A stretch of 64,000 nucleotides of DNA. Source: Bugula neritina (taxonomy: Eukaryota; Animalia; Bryozoa). Position 1 is the stretch's first letter. Each line of letters starts with the position of its first letter. The position numbers and the translations under genes are program-made. The stretch is from assembly GCA_964035545.1 (NCBI GenBank), contig OZ037769.1, positions 248,001 through 312,000 on the forward strand. The letters run 5' to 3'. Below, piece after piece: positions 1-14,800 of the stretch. The notes beneath the pieces are model-generated. The model did not search any database and was not told the origin of the DNA. It worked only from the letters and a program-made list of their open reading frames with translations.

Positions 1-219
1 TATTAATGTGAGTTATTACATAATATATTACTCAAGCAAGCACAAAATAATTTTTATATTAAGAATCAAGCTGTAGCCATGACTTTCTCTAGGGCCACAT
101 ACATGTATCACTGAGTGTATAATATTACTATTGTCAGATAAGCTCCTATATTGCACAACACTTCCAAAGCAACTAACTACCAATGGCTGTCATATATTGC
201 CTGATGTAATATCCTGTAG

Positions 220-559
220 CCCGCCACATGGGTTAGGCCCGATGATCAACAAACAGGTTTACCAGAACAGAGCACAGCCACACAGAAAAGAACGTGTCAC
301 TGTCCAGGGAAACCAGCAGCACTAACCATATTCTCTGCCTGTCTTACCCTGATACTAATTGCTATTGTGGCAGCTCCAATTGTGGTAAGTGACACATTGA
401 TTTAGAGCTCATTGTCAATTCACCTCCTAATCCGAATGTTGAATCTTCACACTGTAATACACAATGTGCATGACATGATTACATGTAATCTTACACTGTA
501 GTATTTATGCCTTGCAGGTGACTAGTTTATTCATATTTCTGAGAGCTTACACGTTCTAG
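220..559 (+). CDS. 3' part (last two exons) of a small protein with a C-terminal transmembrane segment; 5' end lies outside the window
   Basis: Exon 220-384 (ctgtag|...|gtaagt) and exon 518-559 (ttgcag|...TAG) join in phase 0. They give PATWVRPDDQQTGLPEQSTATQKRTCHCPGKPAALTIFSACLTLILIAIVAAPIV/VTSLFIFLRAYTF*, with a long hydrophobic C-terminus. Confidence 0.6.
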
Positions 560-1274
560 ATGTTTGACAGAGGAGAAAATAGGTTTGTGTTTTACGCTTC
601 TTCAATTTATAAATTACCTCGTTGTATTTAAATTTGCTTCAACTTTAAGTATGCAATATATTTAATAAGACAATAAAATTGATTGCAAACTTAGAGCTGT
701 ATTAGTGAGTAATAGCTGTTATGCTGTATATTTGGCTAATATCAGTTGCACTATGCTTAAGCAATTGGTAACCATGGTAACCTAGTTGAAAACAAAATAA
801 ATTGATTTATTCATAAAGTTCCTGAATGATTGCATTATCCTGATTCCTTGTTGCAATTCAGCTTCTCGTGAAATCAGTTTTTCTGTAACCATAGTCTGTG
901 AAAACAAGGAAACCTTCACCAAAGTGGTGGCTTGGGAGATAGAAAGAGATTCCATCTGCTTGTAGGTCATGTGACATACACACAACTCCACCATGTATCA
1001 CGACTTGAAAGTCAAGTATTACTCAAACTACTAAAATATATAAACTTACTAAGGATGTTACAATGAGCTGCAACTCTTACAGGTCTCAAAGGAGAATCCA
1101 CATGCACACAGCACGTGACTGTATAGCTGAGTAAAGGTGGAACATACTATTGCCATAGTGCAATACATATATTATATTAAATATGCTATATTAAATAGAT
1201 GACTTGTATTGAAAGCTATAGCATTGACAAGAGCTTCTTGCAGCTTTAATACAATCATTAAAGTTTCATGAGAG

Positions 1275-1320
1275 GTTATAAGTTCAAATCCTAGTGCAGG
1301 GCCATTGATGATGTCAGAGA
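1275..1320 (+). mobile_element. Degenerate fragment of a tRNA-derived SINE (same family as 56005-56220)
   Basis: B-box-like GTTCAAATCC followed by GGCCATTGATGATGT. This resembles the minus-strand SINE at 56.1 kb (GGTTGGAGCCC...GGCCATTGGTGATGT). Confidence 0.35.
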
Positions 1321-3373
1321 TGGTCACAGGGGAGAAGACTCCAGACTACTAGCAAATAATATGTAACTACTAACGCTACAGATAAGTCATCAACTTATTT
1401 TTTCATACCTTGTAATTCAAGATTCACATTCATATAAATAAATTTCACTAAAATCATGTGCAGTAGTGAGTTGTGAGACGCAAACCAAACTACATTTATT
1501 GTGATATAAATATAAATTAAACATACTTTAAGCTATCAAGGTTAAATAAAGTTAAGATATTGTATCAAACATTAGGATTATGTAACAGTATGAAATATTA
1601 CAAGTTATTAATTTACCAACACTTTTAGTACCATATTGACATTATGGATATTGATAGTATAAAGTCTACCCTAATTACAACCAAATAAAGCAGTGCAATG
1701 TTAATGGTGGAGTGGGATCTCGTTGGTGCATAGCTTCACACAGTATGCTCCAACATTCTGCTAGAAACTCGTATTCTTATCAAACGTGGTGCTTATGTTA
1801 GACTGTTAGTACAGGGTATAGAGTTTTAACACAGGTGACTAGAATATCACTGTATTCTATACTATAGTATATAATATTACACGCTGTATAATATTATATA
1901 CTGTAGTATATACTATTACATGACACAATAAAATACTATGGATTTGTAGACCTTTCTTAATTTTTTATTTTTACAAAAAACTAGTTGAAACTGCAACATC
2001 CATGCTTTATTATTCGGGATAAATATAATCTTCAAAGTAATAGGAAAGACAACTCTATAATATAAAATTTAGAACTTTAGTAGTTTATATTGTTATACTA
2101 AACTTACATATAAATTCGAGGGATGGCCAAAAATATGTTCTAAGAGTCAAATAAAGTATGACTATACGTTATTTACAAGATATCATAAGGGTTTAAAAGA
2201 CATTTAGTCTAAGAGTTAGTACAACTTTTAGACTAAATATGTCACAACGCTGCTGACAGAAAGGTATTGCCCTTAATTATAGTCTTGTAAGAATTACAAA
2301 CAAATTTTCTTAGTAGAAAGTTACTAGATATAATTATAATTATATTGATTTCTGTAAGACTTCATAGTATTACCATTTCATAATTATAATCCTTGCTAAG
2401 CAAACAAACTCAATTATGTTTAGCATAATATGCACTATATACAGCATGCAGTAGAGTCTTAGTTATTCTACCATATCCTTTAACAAAATAGCTTTCAACA
2501 TAAATTTACTGTGACTATGCATTCACGTTAACTTCTTCTATGCTTCATTTTTTATGCTGATATGTGCCCACATAATTATATGTTCAAGTACTATATGCTT
2601 ATATGCTTATGCGTTTCGTTTTCATACTAGCATGCCCTATGCTTATATGCTTATGCGTTTTCATACTAGCATGCCCTATGCTTATATGTTATATTCTCTG
2701 CAACAGTTAGCTGCTTAGCTAATATATATATGCTGATGATACAGATAATAAGCATACGTTTGCTTCTGATCAACTATAAAGAGTTCTTCCTCTTACAGCC
2801 CCATAATGCCTTAGCAGATATTACATAATATTCAGAATAAGTAATATTTGCCTTTGGTGCAGTTTAAGAAGCAAATCTTTAATTTAGTAAAGTTGCTTAT
2901 GCAGTGCTGCAGTTAAATTAAAAACTCAACAACATTTTGTTTACTTAGTTTTGTCTGTAAGAAAGTATAATGTCAAGGACTGCATGGTTGCTATGGCAGC
3001 ATCATCGCGTCATTGAACCTCTCGTCATACTCAGTAGTATAGAATTATGATTATAGATATTTGCATCTAATACAAGAGCGGGCTGAGTAGTAATAGGAGG
3101 TGTAGTGGCAGCGTAGTTGTAGCTAGTACCAGTGGGTAAACTCTTTACTCTGTACACCTTCAACCTCATAATCAGGTAATATACTGTAGTAAACATCAAC
3201 TCTAAATTCTCTTTAAATAAACTTCCCTTAAATCAAACCCTCCTGTGTTAATTTCTTTTGTTATTCCGAAATTATTTATAGGAAATATAGAATTTGAATC
3301 ACAAAGCTTCATTAGCATGTTTATATGAGTTTTGTTTCCTTTAAGGCTCCAGTCTGATTAGTGTAGAACTTCC

Positions 3374-6300
3374 ATGGCCAGACAACTCCCTCTTCTGCTG
3401 CAACTTCCAGCAATCATCTGTTTAGTCGTAACAGTACTTGGTAAGCACCTCCCCAGTCTCATACAGTTTCTCTATCACTCTGAACTTTAAATACATGCGC
3501 CACTTTCCCTTCGTCACTTTGACACTGTTCCTTCTCCAGATGTTGGAGTAAGTTGTGACAAAACTCCCACATGTGCTGGAAGGTCGAGTCTGTTACAAGA
3601 CTATGGGCTGTTCTGTAAGACGCAATCTTCGCTGGCAAACATGAGAGAAACTCAATCGTGCCTGGTGGAAGCCATTGCTCTAGATGAGAACAAGACATGC
3701 TCTGGCGTCAGCAACTGTACTGTAAGTTGTATTCTTTGTATTGAGAACTTAACTGTATATACTGACTTGTGTTAGAGACTTAACTGTATCTACTGACTTG
3801 TGCTAGAAACTTAGCTGTATATATTGACTTGTGCTAGAAACTTAGCTGTATATACTGACTTGTGTTAGAAACTTAGCTGTATATACTGACTTGTGTAAGA
3901 GACTTAGCTGTATCTACTGACTTGTGCTAGAGACTCAACTGCCTCTAATGACTTGTGCTGAAGACAACTGATTGTGTAGGAGGTGAACATTAGAGTAGAA
4001 GACAAGGAGTATGACTTTGAGAATCATATCTGGAGCTTTTCAGCCTGTTTCAAGAGTTCAATGCAGGTCAAGGTCTGTACAGACAACTCTGGTTAGTATT
4101 TAAATTTCTTAGTAAAATTATAGCCTTAGAGAGTGAATGCTGATTTCTACTAAAACTTTTGTAAGGCAGTTCTGCTGTACAGATTTAGTCAGATAGGCTT
4201 TCCTGTGAATATACCAGTGTATCTAACCACTCCTTAGCTGTACTATAGTTCAAACTTTACCTAAAAATAGTAAAATTTTAGCAATTTGTACAGCTTGGTC
4301 TATATACAACCTGTTCCGAAAATTTGCCAACATAAAGAGATAAGTCTGCCTTAGTAACATGATGAATTAAAACTCGCTATGACTGGTATATACACGGTAT
4401 GCACCTTTATAGTAGATTAAATCTTGTAACACTGAAATTTTTTTTTTATTTAATTATGAGACGCAATATAATTCTATTTTATTTCAATTTGTCACAAAAA
4501 GCAGAAACAAACATCACCACGTCTGCTACCACCACACAGCCTGAGAACACAACTGAAACATCTCCTCCCACAACAACCACCAGCATCCTTACATCTGACA
4601 GCAGTGAAGAGGGTATGAAACAAATTCATTGAACTATCGTTTTACATTTCTATGTGGTACTATAGGCTACTAACTTATAGTTAACTATCATACAACTTTG
4701 TGACCTGTAGGAATGACTCTGGACGGGTGCTATGAAGGCTCCGTGACATTCACAGAAGACAATGAGTCACAGTCTGTCACAGTAACCTTGACCCATGAAG
4801 AGAATGGGAATGAAGTTAATTTTACTGCTGAAGTCGTTGGCTGCTGTTCGGAGTCCCACTGCAAAGTGAAAACTTCTTCTCGTGGGTTTGATTAGACGCA
4901 GTTTTCCATTTACTAGACAGAGCTCTCTACTTACTAAACAGAGTTCTCTATTTACTAGACAGAGTTCTTTATTTACTAGACAGAGCTCTCTACTTACAAT
5001 AGACAGAGTTCTCTACTTACTAGACACAGTTCTCTACTTACTAGACGGAGCTTTTTATTTACCAAACAGAGTTCTCTATTTTGACAATACAGTTGCATGT
5101 AGAAGTAAATTATAAAGATGCTAGTATATATACATTAAGTAAGCTTAGAGTAGTGGTCTTCAAGTTAATAGAAAGTGTATTTAGGTTCCATGATATAATA
5201 TTATTACACAATGCAATGGTATATTGAAGTAGTATGATATATATATAATACAACTTGACCTAACTCTCAGCAAACTTATTAATGTGCATATGAATACATA
5301 TTGTATAAACAAGCTGTCTGGTTGCTATAGCAACGCTGTCAGCACTAATACAGTTTTTCTAAGAGGGTTTTTTTCTATAGCACTATAAGAATCAACTTTT
5401 AAAAATGCTGTTTGCTTAATATGTTTTATAAAACATCTACATAATTCATTTTAAATATACAGACATTTCATTCCAGAGGATCAATATTACTGACAAAAGT
5501 CCCTGATTATGTCAATATTATAATTAGAAAACTTCTTTCACGTGAAAATGTCACTTAATGATGGAGTATTTTCTAGAAAACTTGAAATGCAATTACGGGG
5601 ACGACGACTCCACTAGAGAGGTGATGTGTTCCGATGCTTGTTTTACTGTCATCACTGAGGAAAGTGGAGAGGCAGAGTGAGGGAGTAGCAGTAATAGATT
5701 ACCATAACTCTTCAGCTTTCTTATAATATACCCATATCAATATGCTCATAAAAGTAAAAAGTATAAAATATTCATGTAATGCAGTATTGAAATATGCTGC
5801 CACCAATAATGTGGTAACAGCCTTGGGCCAAATAAGATTGTAAAATATATAAAATGTAATATTTACCATGCTATATAATATGATATAATAATTTCTAAAT
5901 CATATATAATATAATACATAATATTGTATAATACCAATATATAAAATAGTTTTGGACAAATAACAAAACTAGTGCACCTTTTTGCTTTGCCATCAAGCGA
6001 AAAACCGAACGCATTATTCGATAGTTTCCATAAGTTTATTTCTCAAAGGAAGTGAAAAATTTTTTATAGAGTAAAACATGGCTGCCTAAATGATTTCTCA
6101 GACGAGGAGCTGAAAGAGTTTGACGTTGATAAATGCTCTCTGGAGTATGAGGCAGGAATGTGTTTGGAGGCTGATGATAGCCAGGTAGCCTAGCAACCAA
6201 TTATATACACAATCTCTGTTTGAAAGAGTTGGGTGACTATGGATATGAGTATATAGTTGGGTGAAATAGCTGAAGTAGCTTCAGTTGGGTAGTTCTAATG

Positions 6301-6606
6301 TTTGCTAAAATTTCATTATTGTGGTAACCAAATAACTGTTTTGCGACTAAAAATGATGTGACATAGAGCATGTGAAATAATTGTTTTGTTTTAAGAAGAC
6401 ATTGCTACAAGAGTATAACATCAATATTGATATTGTCTTTTCCCATGCAGGCATGTCTCAGATGTTGTATGAAATCTCTGTGTAATGATTGGACGTCAGC
6501 TGATGATATTCTGACCCAAGTTACTACTTCTGACTCTGGCTCAGTCTCTTTCTACTTCCCCGCACCTTTTATTCCAAGTGTGCTACTGACCTACAATCTC
6601 CTTTAG
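3374..6606 (+). CDS. GPI-anchor-type surface protein: signal peptide, Cys-rich domain, short Thr-rich mucin linker, second Cys module, Ly6/uPAR (three-finger)-like domain (paralog 1, ~336 aa)
   Basis: Exons 3374-3440, 3540-3721, 3980-4091, 4505-4612, 4711-4881, 5577-5676, 6070-6184, 6451-6606; all GT-AG, total 1011 nt. Starts MARQLPLLLQLPAIICLVVTVL (signal peptide). Carries a 10-Cys LKC...HGC...CLRCCMKSLCN Ly6 pattern and a hydrophobic tail after DSGS. Same exon layout as 42324-47561 and 52314-55161. Confidence 0.85.
3745..3960. repeat. ~31-bp intronic minisatellite (ttagctgtatatactgacttgtgctagaaac)
   Basis: About 7 degenerate tandem copies in intron 2 of the first Ly6 gene. Confidence 0.85.
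4910..5080. repeat. 21-bp intronic minisatellite (tttactagacagagttctcta)
   Basis: About 8 degenerate tandem copies. Confidence 0.8.
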
Positions 6607-7328
6607 GAGAGTTAACTCTTTATTTTGCTCTCATGTTTCATTGTTATACTCTTTGCATTTCTAATGCAAACAATCCATACTGCTTATAACTAATTAATTT
6701 CTTTAATTCAATGGCTTGACGTAATTATTTTTCTAGTAACAGTCAATCTTCTAAATTTAACTTACATCACGTGTAAACTATAAAAACACTTTCAGATTAC
6801 GTAGTATATTTGGTAGTAAATGTTTTCTTTCAATGCATGTTAATGCTTTAATAGGCAATAATTTTGATTAGTAACTCTTTTTATTTCTTTGGCAGTTTCT
6901 GGTAGTAAGACTGAACAATTGTAGTTCATGATATTCCCTGTGTTTATTCTGTTACAAATGGTAAACACATATATAAGCACCTTAACCTTACAGTAATTTA
7001 TGATAGGCTTCTATGTGTGTTTGCTATAAAGTGTGAAGTTTTTACAATTTCTGTATCCAGCAACTATAATATCTTTGTTTCATTCTAACTGTTAACAAGA
7101 TTGAATTTTTGAACAATTGAAATATTACGGCGTGTCAGCCTAACTTATGACGATAAATGGTGAGAGTGGAGGAGGTTATGATAGACTTAGCAACTCAACT
7201 TTGCTAAGTTCTTGAGGCGTCTTATGAAACTTCTCATTTATTTGATAGGCTCACGGGCTAATAAATCTCAACTAATCAGCTTCAGTTAGTTTCATTGAAT
7301 GGATATAGATGCTAGGTGTAGTATGTAC

Positions 7329-7542
<214 letters not shown>

Positions 7543-8465
7543 AGCTGTAGTTATATGCACTACATAGAAGCATTGTGTCATAAATCATAGCAAATAAATT
7601 AGTAGCAGAATTACATAACTTTACTTGATATGCTGGAAATATGCATTAAATAAAATGTTTAGCATATTAATTGTAGAATTGATGACATAAATAAATAAAT
7701 AAACGTTATCAATGGATGAAGCAGCTAACATGGATAATGTGTGATCTTGCTATTTAGTAAAAATTTACACGTATGTAAACTGTTCTGTATTATATCTATT
7801 ATCTAGGCACTAAAGACTCTGTAAACTGTTCTGTATTATATCTATTATCTAGGCACCAAAGACTGTTGTTCTTAGATAAGGGAAGACAATTCTGAAAAAA
7901 TGCTTTTAGAAGTACAATTCTAATATTTTAAATAAGAAGTTTTGAACACAGTTGCAGCTTTGCAGTTCTAAAAAACGTAGTTTTTGAAATAACAAATCAA
8001 CATACATCATCATATTTAGTGTGAGGGAACTACAATTATTTCATGCGGGTTATGCTAGCATTTTGTTCTGCTAGTAACGTAATTGTCAAGTTGCACTTTT
8101 TCCGTTAGTAGGCTAGATCTGCCCCTGTAAATTAGAGAAATTATTTTTAGACTAATACAAACATGATGAGTTAAAAATAAATTCTCAGTCGCACATTGTC
8201 AATGGAGGAATATATTCACATATATGTTGCAATCAATTCTTTTGTTAGACACCAAGTCACCATCTAGCATTGCTGCTATAAAGTTTATTGTTTTTCAACT
8301 GTAGTCAGGAATAATAGAACTATTGATATTTACCTCGTGACTGCTACGTATATAGCTGCTAAGTGGCTTAGTAAACAATCAAGCCTATGGAGTTTAGATA
8401 TCATGTGAGTTCTACACAAGTGTTGAATAGCTTGTGCAATATTGGACCACGGTTCTTGAGAGGAC

Positions 8466-8552
8466 TATAAATACATATTGCATAGTTGCACTTGTAATAT
8501 AGGTACGCCGTAGTCTCACCTGTGTACAGAACGCTCTGGGTATATTGTCAAG
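8466..8552 (+). promoter_or_regulatory. Putative TATA box and non-coding first exon of the first CD225-WSC gene
   Basis: TATAAAT at 8466; strong donor aag|gtaagt at 8553; acceptor tatag at 8809 just upstream of the ATG at 8824. Confidence 0.35.
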
Positions 8553-8823
8553 GTAAGTTGAGTTATGTCTACTTTAATTTTACTTTTAAGTCAAAAGGAG
8601 TGACACATTTATTGAACCTGTTTGAATTTAAGTTTTGTATTCAGTATTGCATCATGATGTTAACTTATAGCTTATTATGTACCATTCCTTACTACTACTA
8701 GTAGTAGTACTAATACTACTACTACAAGTGGTGGTAGTACTGCAAGTAATGGTAGTACTGCAAGTAGTGGCAGTACTACTAGTAGTAAACACTGTAACTT
8801 GTACTATAGAAACTGCTCAGAGT

Positions 8824-11800
8824 ATGACGCTTGAACCGAAATACGAGGAGAAGACTCAATATGGAATGAATGAACCCCCACCCCCTGCATATCCAGTAGC
8901 AGTGAATGGATCCGCCCCCTCCTCTGTGTACGGCAATGTGTACTCCACTCCCGGTTCCACTCAAGCTGGTTATGCCGCACCCACCGGTTATGCCGCACCC
9001 ACCGGTTATGCTGCACCGACCGCGGCAGCGGCAGCTCCGACAGCGGCAGCTCCGACAGCGAATGGTAACAGGTCAGCCTACTACCAGAGCAAGAATGGAA
9101 CTTACTGCAACGTTGTGGTACCAGGTGACCAGCTGCAGGCAGATGGATCTCTACCCCACGTAAGTACCTTGTCTCAAGTAATACTTTGTCTCAAGTAGTA
9201 CTCTGTCTTAAGTAGTACTCTGTCTCAAGCAAGTACTCTGTCTTGAGTAAGTACTCTGTCTTAAGTAAGTACTATGTCTCAAGTAAGTACCCTGTCTCAA
9301 GTAAATACTCTGTTTCACGTAAGTACCCTGTCTCAAGCAAGTACCCTGTCTCAAGCAAGTAATCTGTCTTAATTAAGTACCCTGTCTCAAGTAAGTACCC
9401 TGTCTCAAGTAAGTACCCTGTCTCAAGTAAGTACTATGTCTCAAGTAAGTAACCTGTCTCAAGTAAGTACTCTGTCTCAAGTAAGTACTCTGTCTCAAGT
9501 AATTACTCTGTCTCAAGTAAGTACCCTGTCTCAAGTAAGTACTCTGTCTTAAGTAAGTACTCTGTCTCAAGTAAGTACTCTGTCTCAAGTAAGTACTCTG
9601 TCTCACGTAAGTACTCTGTCTTAAGTAAGTACCCTGTCTCAAGTAGTACTCTGTGTCAAGTAAGTACTCTGTCTTAAGTAAGTACTCTGTCTCAAGTAAG
9701 TACTCTGTGTCACGTAAGTACTATGTCTTAAGTAAGTACTATGTCTCAAGCAAGTACTCTGTCTCAAGTAGTGAGTCAACTGAGTCAGTTACATATAATC
9801 AGAGTGAATATTTAGTATAAAGGATCTTTGCAGGCTCCCATATTTATTACTGGGAACTGAGTGTAAGTAACATTGTACCTATATAACACTATATATTGCT
9901 GTGAAGAATATATAACACTATTATAATATATATTGTGTAAAACTACATTGGTTTTTAAGCTATTCCAGTGTCTTTTATTACTTGTGTAGGTTTTTACTGT
10001 ATAAATATTTTATTTTATTGTCTCTGGTCAGATATAACAATTGAGGTTAGAATGTGATACTAAATTAGTACTGCTCAATAGTAGCCTGTCTAATCTTCCT
10101 TTAAGGAATACTGCAAGAACAATGCTATGCAGATTCTAATGTTACAGCTGCAAAACTTGTATATACCCTCCTTATATACTCATATATGTATGTACTGTAT
10201 ATACCCTCCTTATATACTCATATATGTATGTACTGTATATACCCTCTTCATATACTCATATATGTATGTACTGTATATACCCTCCTTATATACTCATATA
10301 TGTATGTACTGTATATACCCTCTTCATATACTCATATATGTATGTACTGTATATACCCTTCTTATATACTCATATATGTATGTACTGTATATACCCTCCT
10401 TATATACTCATATATGTATGTACTGTATATACCCTCCTTATATACTCATATATGTATGTACTGTATATACCCTCCTTATATACTCATATATGTATGTACT
10501 GTATATACCCTCCTTATATACTCATATATGTATGTACTGTATATACACTCCTTATATACTCATATATGTATGTACTGTATATACCCTCCTTATATACTCA
10601 TATATGTATGTACTGTATATACCCTCCTTATATACTCATATATGTATGTACTGTATATACCCTCCTTATATACTCATATCTGTCTGTACTGTATATACCC
10701 TCCTTATATACTCATATCTGTCTGTACTGTATATACCCTCCTCATATACTCATATATGTATGTACTGTATATACCCTCCTCATATACTCATATATGTATG
10801 TACTGTATATGCCCTCAATCTAACAACACCATAAGCTATTCTATGACAATGCATGGTATCTCCAATTTAGACTATTTTGTGCTGGCTTAGCTTAGCTCTG
10901 CTATGAGCAATACAATAGACTAGTTAGGGTGTTGAGTATGTCCATCATACATGCAGCCCACTGGACTATTGAATTTGCATCAATTAATTTGAGTTGCTAT
11001 TTAAACAAGTCTTAAATAAAGCAGAGTGTGTATTCTGAATTGAAAGTTGAAACTAGTAAAACATATTACGTCATTCAACTTAGCTTACAACCAGGACAGA
11101 ATAGAACCTGCAACCAAGATACTATTGATTCTTGTATTATTCATTTCATGTTTTGTTTAACTTATTTGCTCAGAAAGTTAAATTTATACTATTTCAATAA
11201 AATGCATTTTAAGAAGTTGGGAGAAAATGGTGTCAAGATATAATGAAATTATCTAGTTATGAAAGCAAATAAGTTAGCATGATGATATTGGGCGGAATAA
11301 AGCTATTTCAGTGCTGTGTTGCAAATAGCTAAATGCAGCATCCAGCTTTTTCTGCAACGACACACTAACAGAAACTGAGACACACTGCAACTGTGACCTA
11401 TTAAAATGTGGCCCAAATATGATGAATAATTGCAGAAGTGTCACATAGCGTTCTGACACATAGTATTCTGACACATAGTATTCTGACACGTAGTATTGTG
11501 ACACATAGTATTGTGACACATTATATTCTGACACATAGTATTCTGACACATAGTATTCTGACACATAGTATTCTGACACATTGTATTCTGACACATTGTA
11601 TTCTGATACATAGTATTGTGACACATTGTATTCTGACACATAGTATTCTGACACATAGTATTCTGACACATATTATTCTGACACATAGTATTCTGACACA
11701 TAGTATTGTGACACATAGTATTCTGACACATAGTATTGTGACACGTAGTATTCTGACACATAGTATTCTGACACATAGTATTCTGACACATAGTATTCTG

Positions 11801-14800
11801 ACACATTGTATTCTGACACATTGTATTCTGACACATAGTATTCTGACACATAGTATTCTGATACATAGTATTCTGACACGTAGTATTGTGACACATATTA
11901 TTCTGACACCTAGTATTGTGACACATAGTATTGTGACACATAGTATTCTGACACATAGTATTGTGACACATAGTATTCTGACACATTGTATTGGGACACC
12001 TGGTATTTCATTGCAGACGTGTCACCATCACTCAAAGATATGGTTCTACATATCTCTCTGTGCCATCATCCTATTCTTTCCGCTGGCCATCCCCGGGGCG
12101 GTGTTCGCACACAAAGCTCGACAAGATGCTAAGAGGGGAGACAAACTCGCTTACAAGAAGCATTTGAGAATCTCTCATGTTCTCACCGGGATAGCCATCG
12201 GTTTCGGGATTTCCTCCATTGCAAATGTCACAGCAAGAGTTAGTTTTCATGAAAATCAGCAAAACATTGGCCGACATGTTTTAATAAAAGCCACACTGAG
12301 TTCAATAATTTAGTTTATTTTATTGAAAGAAGAGAATAGCATTATAAAAGTAGTATAAGTAAGTTATGTTGAGCAGTGCAACAAGTATTTTGAGTGAGCC
12401 AACAAGCAAAGCATGTTATACGATTTGGTTATTGAACACATGATGAAAATAGATTGCAACTCAATAATTCCATCTGTACAGGCTATACATATTCTATTAC
12501 TGGACGTTATCATACAAATGTTAGTCATGAAATATCCCAAGCTTTTTAATTTTAGTGGAAATTTTGATTTAGGGTGCGGGTTGAAATTCTCACGAGAACA
12601 TAACTTCTTATGCTACATTTGTAATCTAGTACAATGGCTTTTCTCAAATTCTCCATTACTGCACCTACTTCTCTACAATGCAATACAAATTTATTTATCA
12701 GACAAATAAAATATTGTAGATTCCCCAGTTTGTAAAAAAAAGTACGGTGATTTCATATGGAGGGTTAGAGAAGAGATTGGTACCGAACTGGACTAGTGAG
12801 TATAATATTAGTATAGAACTGTAAGTATAGTATAGAACTGTAAGTATAGTATACACTGTAAGTATAGTATATACTGTAAGTATAGTATATACTGTAAGTA
12901 TAGTATATACTGTAAGTATAGTATACACTGTAAGTATAGTATACACTGTAAGTATAGTATAGAACTGTAAGTATAGTATAGAACTGTAAGTATAGTATAC
13001 ACTGTAAGTATAGTATACACTGTAAGTATAGTATATACTGTAAGTATAGTATATACTGTAAGTATAGTATACACTGTAAGTATGTAGTATACACTGTAAG
13101 TATAGTATACACTGTAAGTATAGTATAGAACTGTAAGTATATTATATACTGTAAGTATAATATACACTGTGAGTATAGTATACACTGTAAGTATAGTATA
13201 TACTGTAAGTATAGTATACACTGTGAGTATAGTATACACTGTAAGTATAGTATAGAACTGTAAGTATATTATACACTGTAAGTATAGTATACACTGTAAG
13301 TATAATATACACTGTAAGTATAATATACACTGTAAGTATAGTATAGAACTGTAAGTATAATATACACTGTAAGTATAGTATACACTGTAAGTATAGTATA
13401 GAACTGTAAGTATAGTATAGAACTGTAAGTATAGTATAGAGCTATAAGTATAGTATACACTGTAAGTATAGTATACACTGTAAGTATAGTATATACTGTA
13501 AGTATAGTATAGACTGTAAGTATAGTATACACTGTAAGTATAGTACATACTGTAAGTATAGTATACACTGTAAGTATGTAGTATACACTGTAAGTATAGT
13601 ATACACTGTAAGTATAGTATAGAACTGTAAGTATATTATATACTGTAAGTATAATATACACTGTGAGTATAGTATACACTGTAAGTATAGTATATACTGT
13701 AAGTATAGTATACACTGTGAGTATAGTATACACTGTAAGTATAGTATAGAACTGTAAGTATATTATACACTGTAAGTATAGTATACACTGTAAGTATAAT
13801 ATACACTGTAAGTATAATATACACTGTAAGTATAGTATAGAACTGTAAGTATAATATACACTGTAAGTATAGTATACACTGTAAGTATAGTATAGAACTG
13901 TAAGTATAGTATAGAGCTATAAGTATAGTATACACTGTAAGTATAGTATACACTGTAAGTATAGTATATACTGTAAGTATAGTATAGACTGTGAGTATAG
14001 TATACACTGTAAGTATAGTATAGAACTGTAAGTATATTATACACTGTAAGTATAGTATACACTGTAAGTATAGTATACACTGTAAGTATAGTATACACTG
14101 TAAGTATATTATACACTGTAAGTATAGTATACACTGTAAGTATAGTATACTTACAGTGTATAGTATACACTGTGAGTATACTATACACTGTAAGTATAAT
14201 ATACACTGTAAGTATAGTATAGAACTGTAAGTATAATATACACTGTAAGTATAGTATACACTGTAAGTATAGTATACACTGTAAGTATAGTATAGAACTG
14301 TAAGTATAGTATAGAGCTATATAAGTATAGTATATTCATATAATATCAGTGTAATATATTATATGTTGCCAGCATCTGGTAGTTATATTGGCTGTTACGC
14401 TGACGACCCAGCAGATAGAGATCTGAATGGAGAAGTCATGTCTGGCCTTACAAAGGAAGAATGTCTCACCTATTGTGCGAACAAAGGTAGGGATACCATA
14501 ACCCGCTGGTTTATGTCTTGTGTCTCAACAGAACAGCTGGAGTTATTCTTCCTCTGGTTTATTCTATATAATGCTGTTGATAACCACTATTCCAACTTCC
14601 AGGATACAAGTATGCAGGGCTACAAAGTGAAACAGACTGCTACTGTGGACAAGAGTTTGATAAACACGGTAAACTTGACGACTCAGACTGCGACTACGAG
14701 TGCCCTTCTGACCCAGACTTCTCTTGTGGAGGAAGTTTCAAGAACTCAGTCTACAGAACTCACTACCTAGGTAGAGTAGCAGTATACTGTACTAATACCT

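Noticed and set aside
12017-12313. Stand-alone CD225 gene ending at the stop at 12313
   Set aside because: Possible as an intron-retention isoform but disfavoured. A donor AGA|gttagt at 12239 matches the paralog's donor position and leads to a phase-compatible linker exon and the WSC exons.
10127-14206. Many long ORFs over 10.1-14.2 kb (also 22248-23621, 28430-29826, 32769-33739, 36278-37339, 58339-59252)
   Set aside because: They are translations of intronic micro- and minisatellites. Only the 3' part of 11438-12313 (from 12017) is treated as a real exon.
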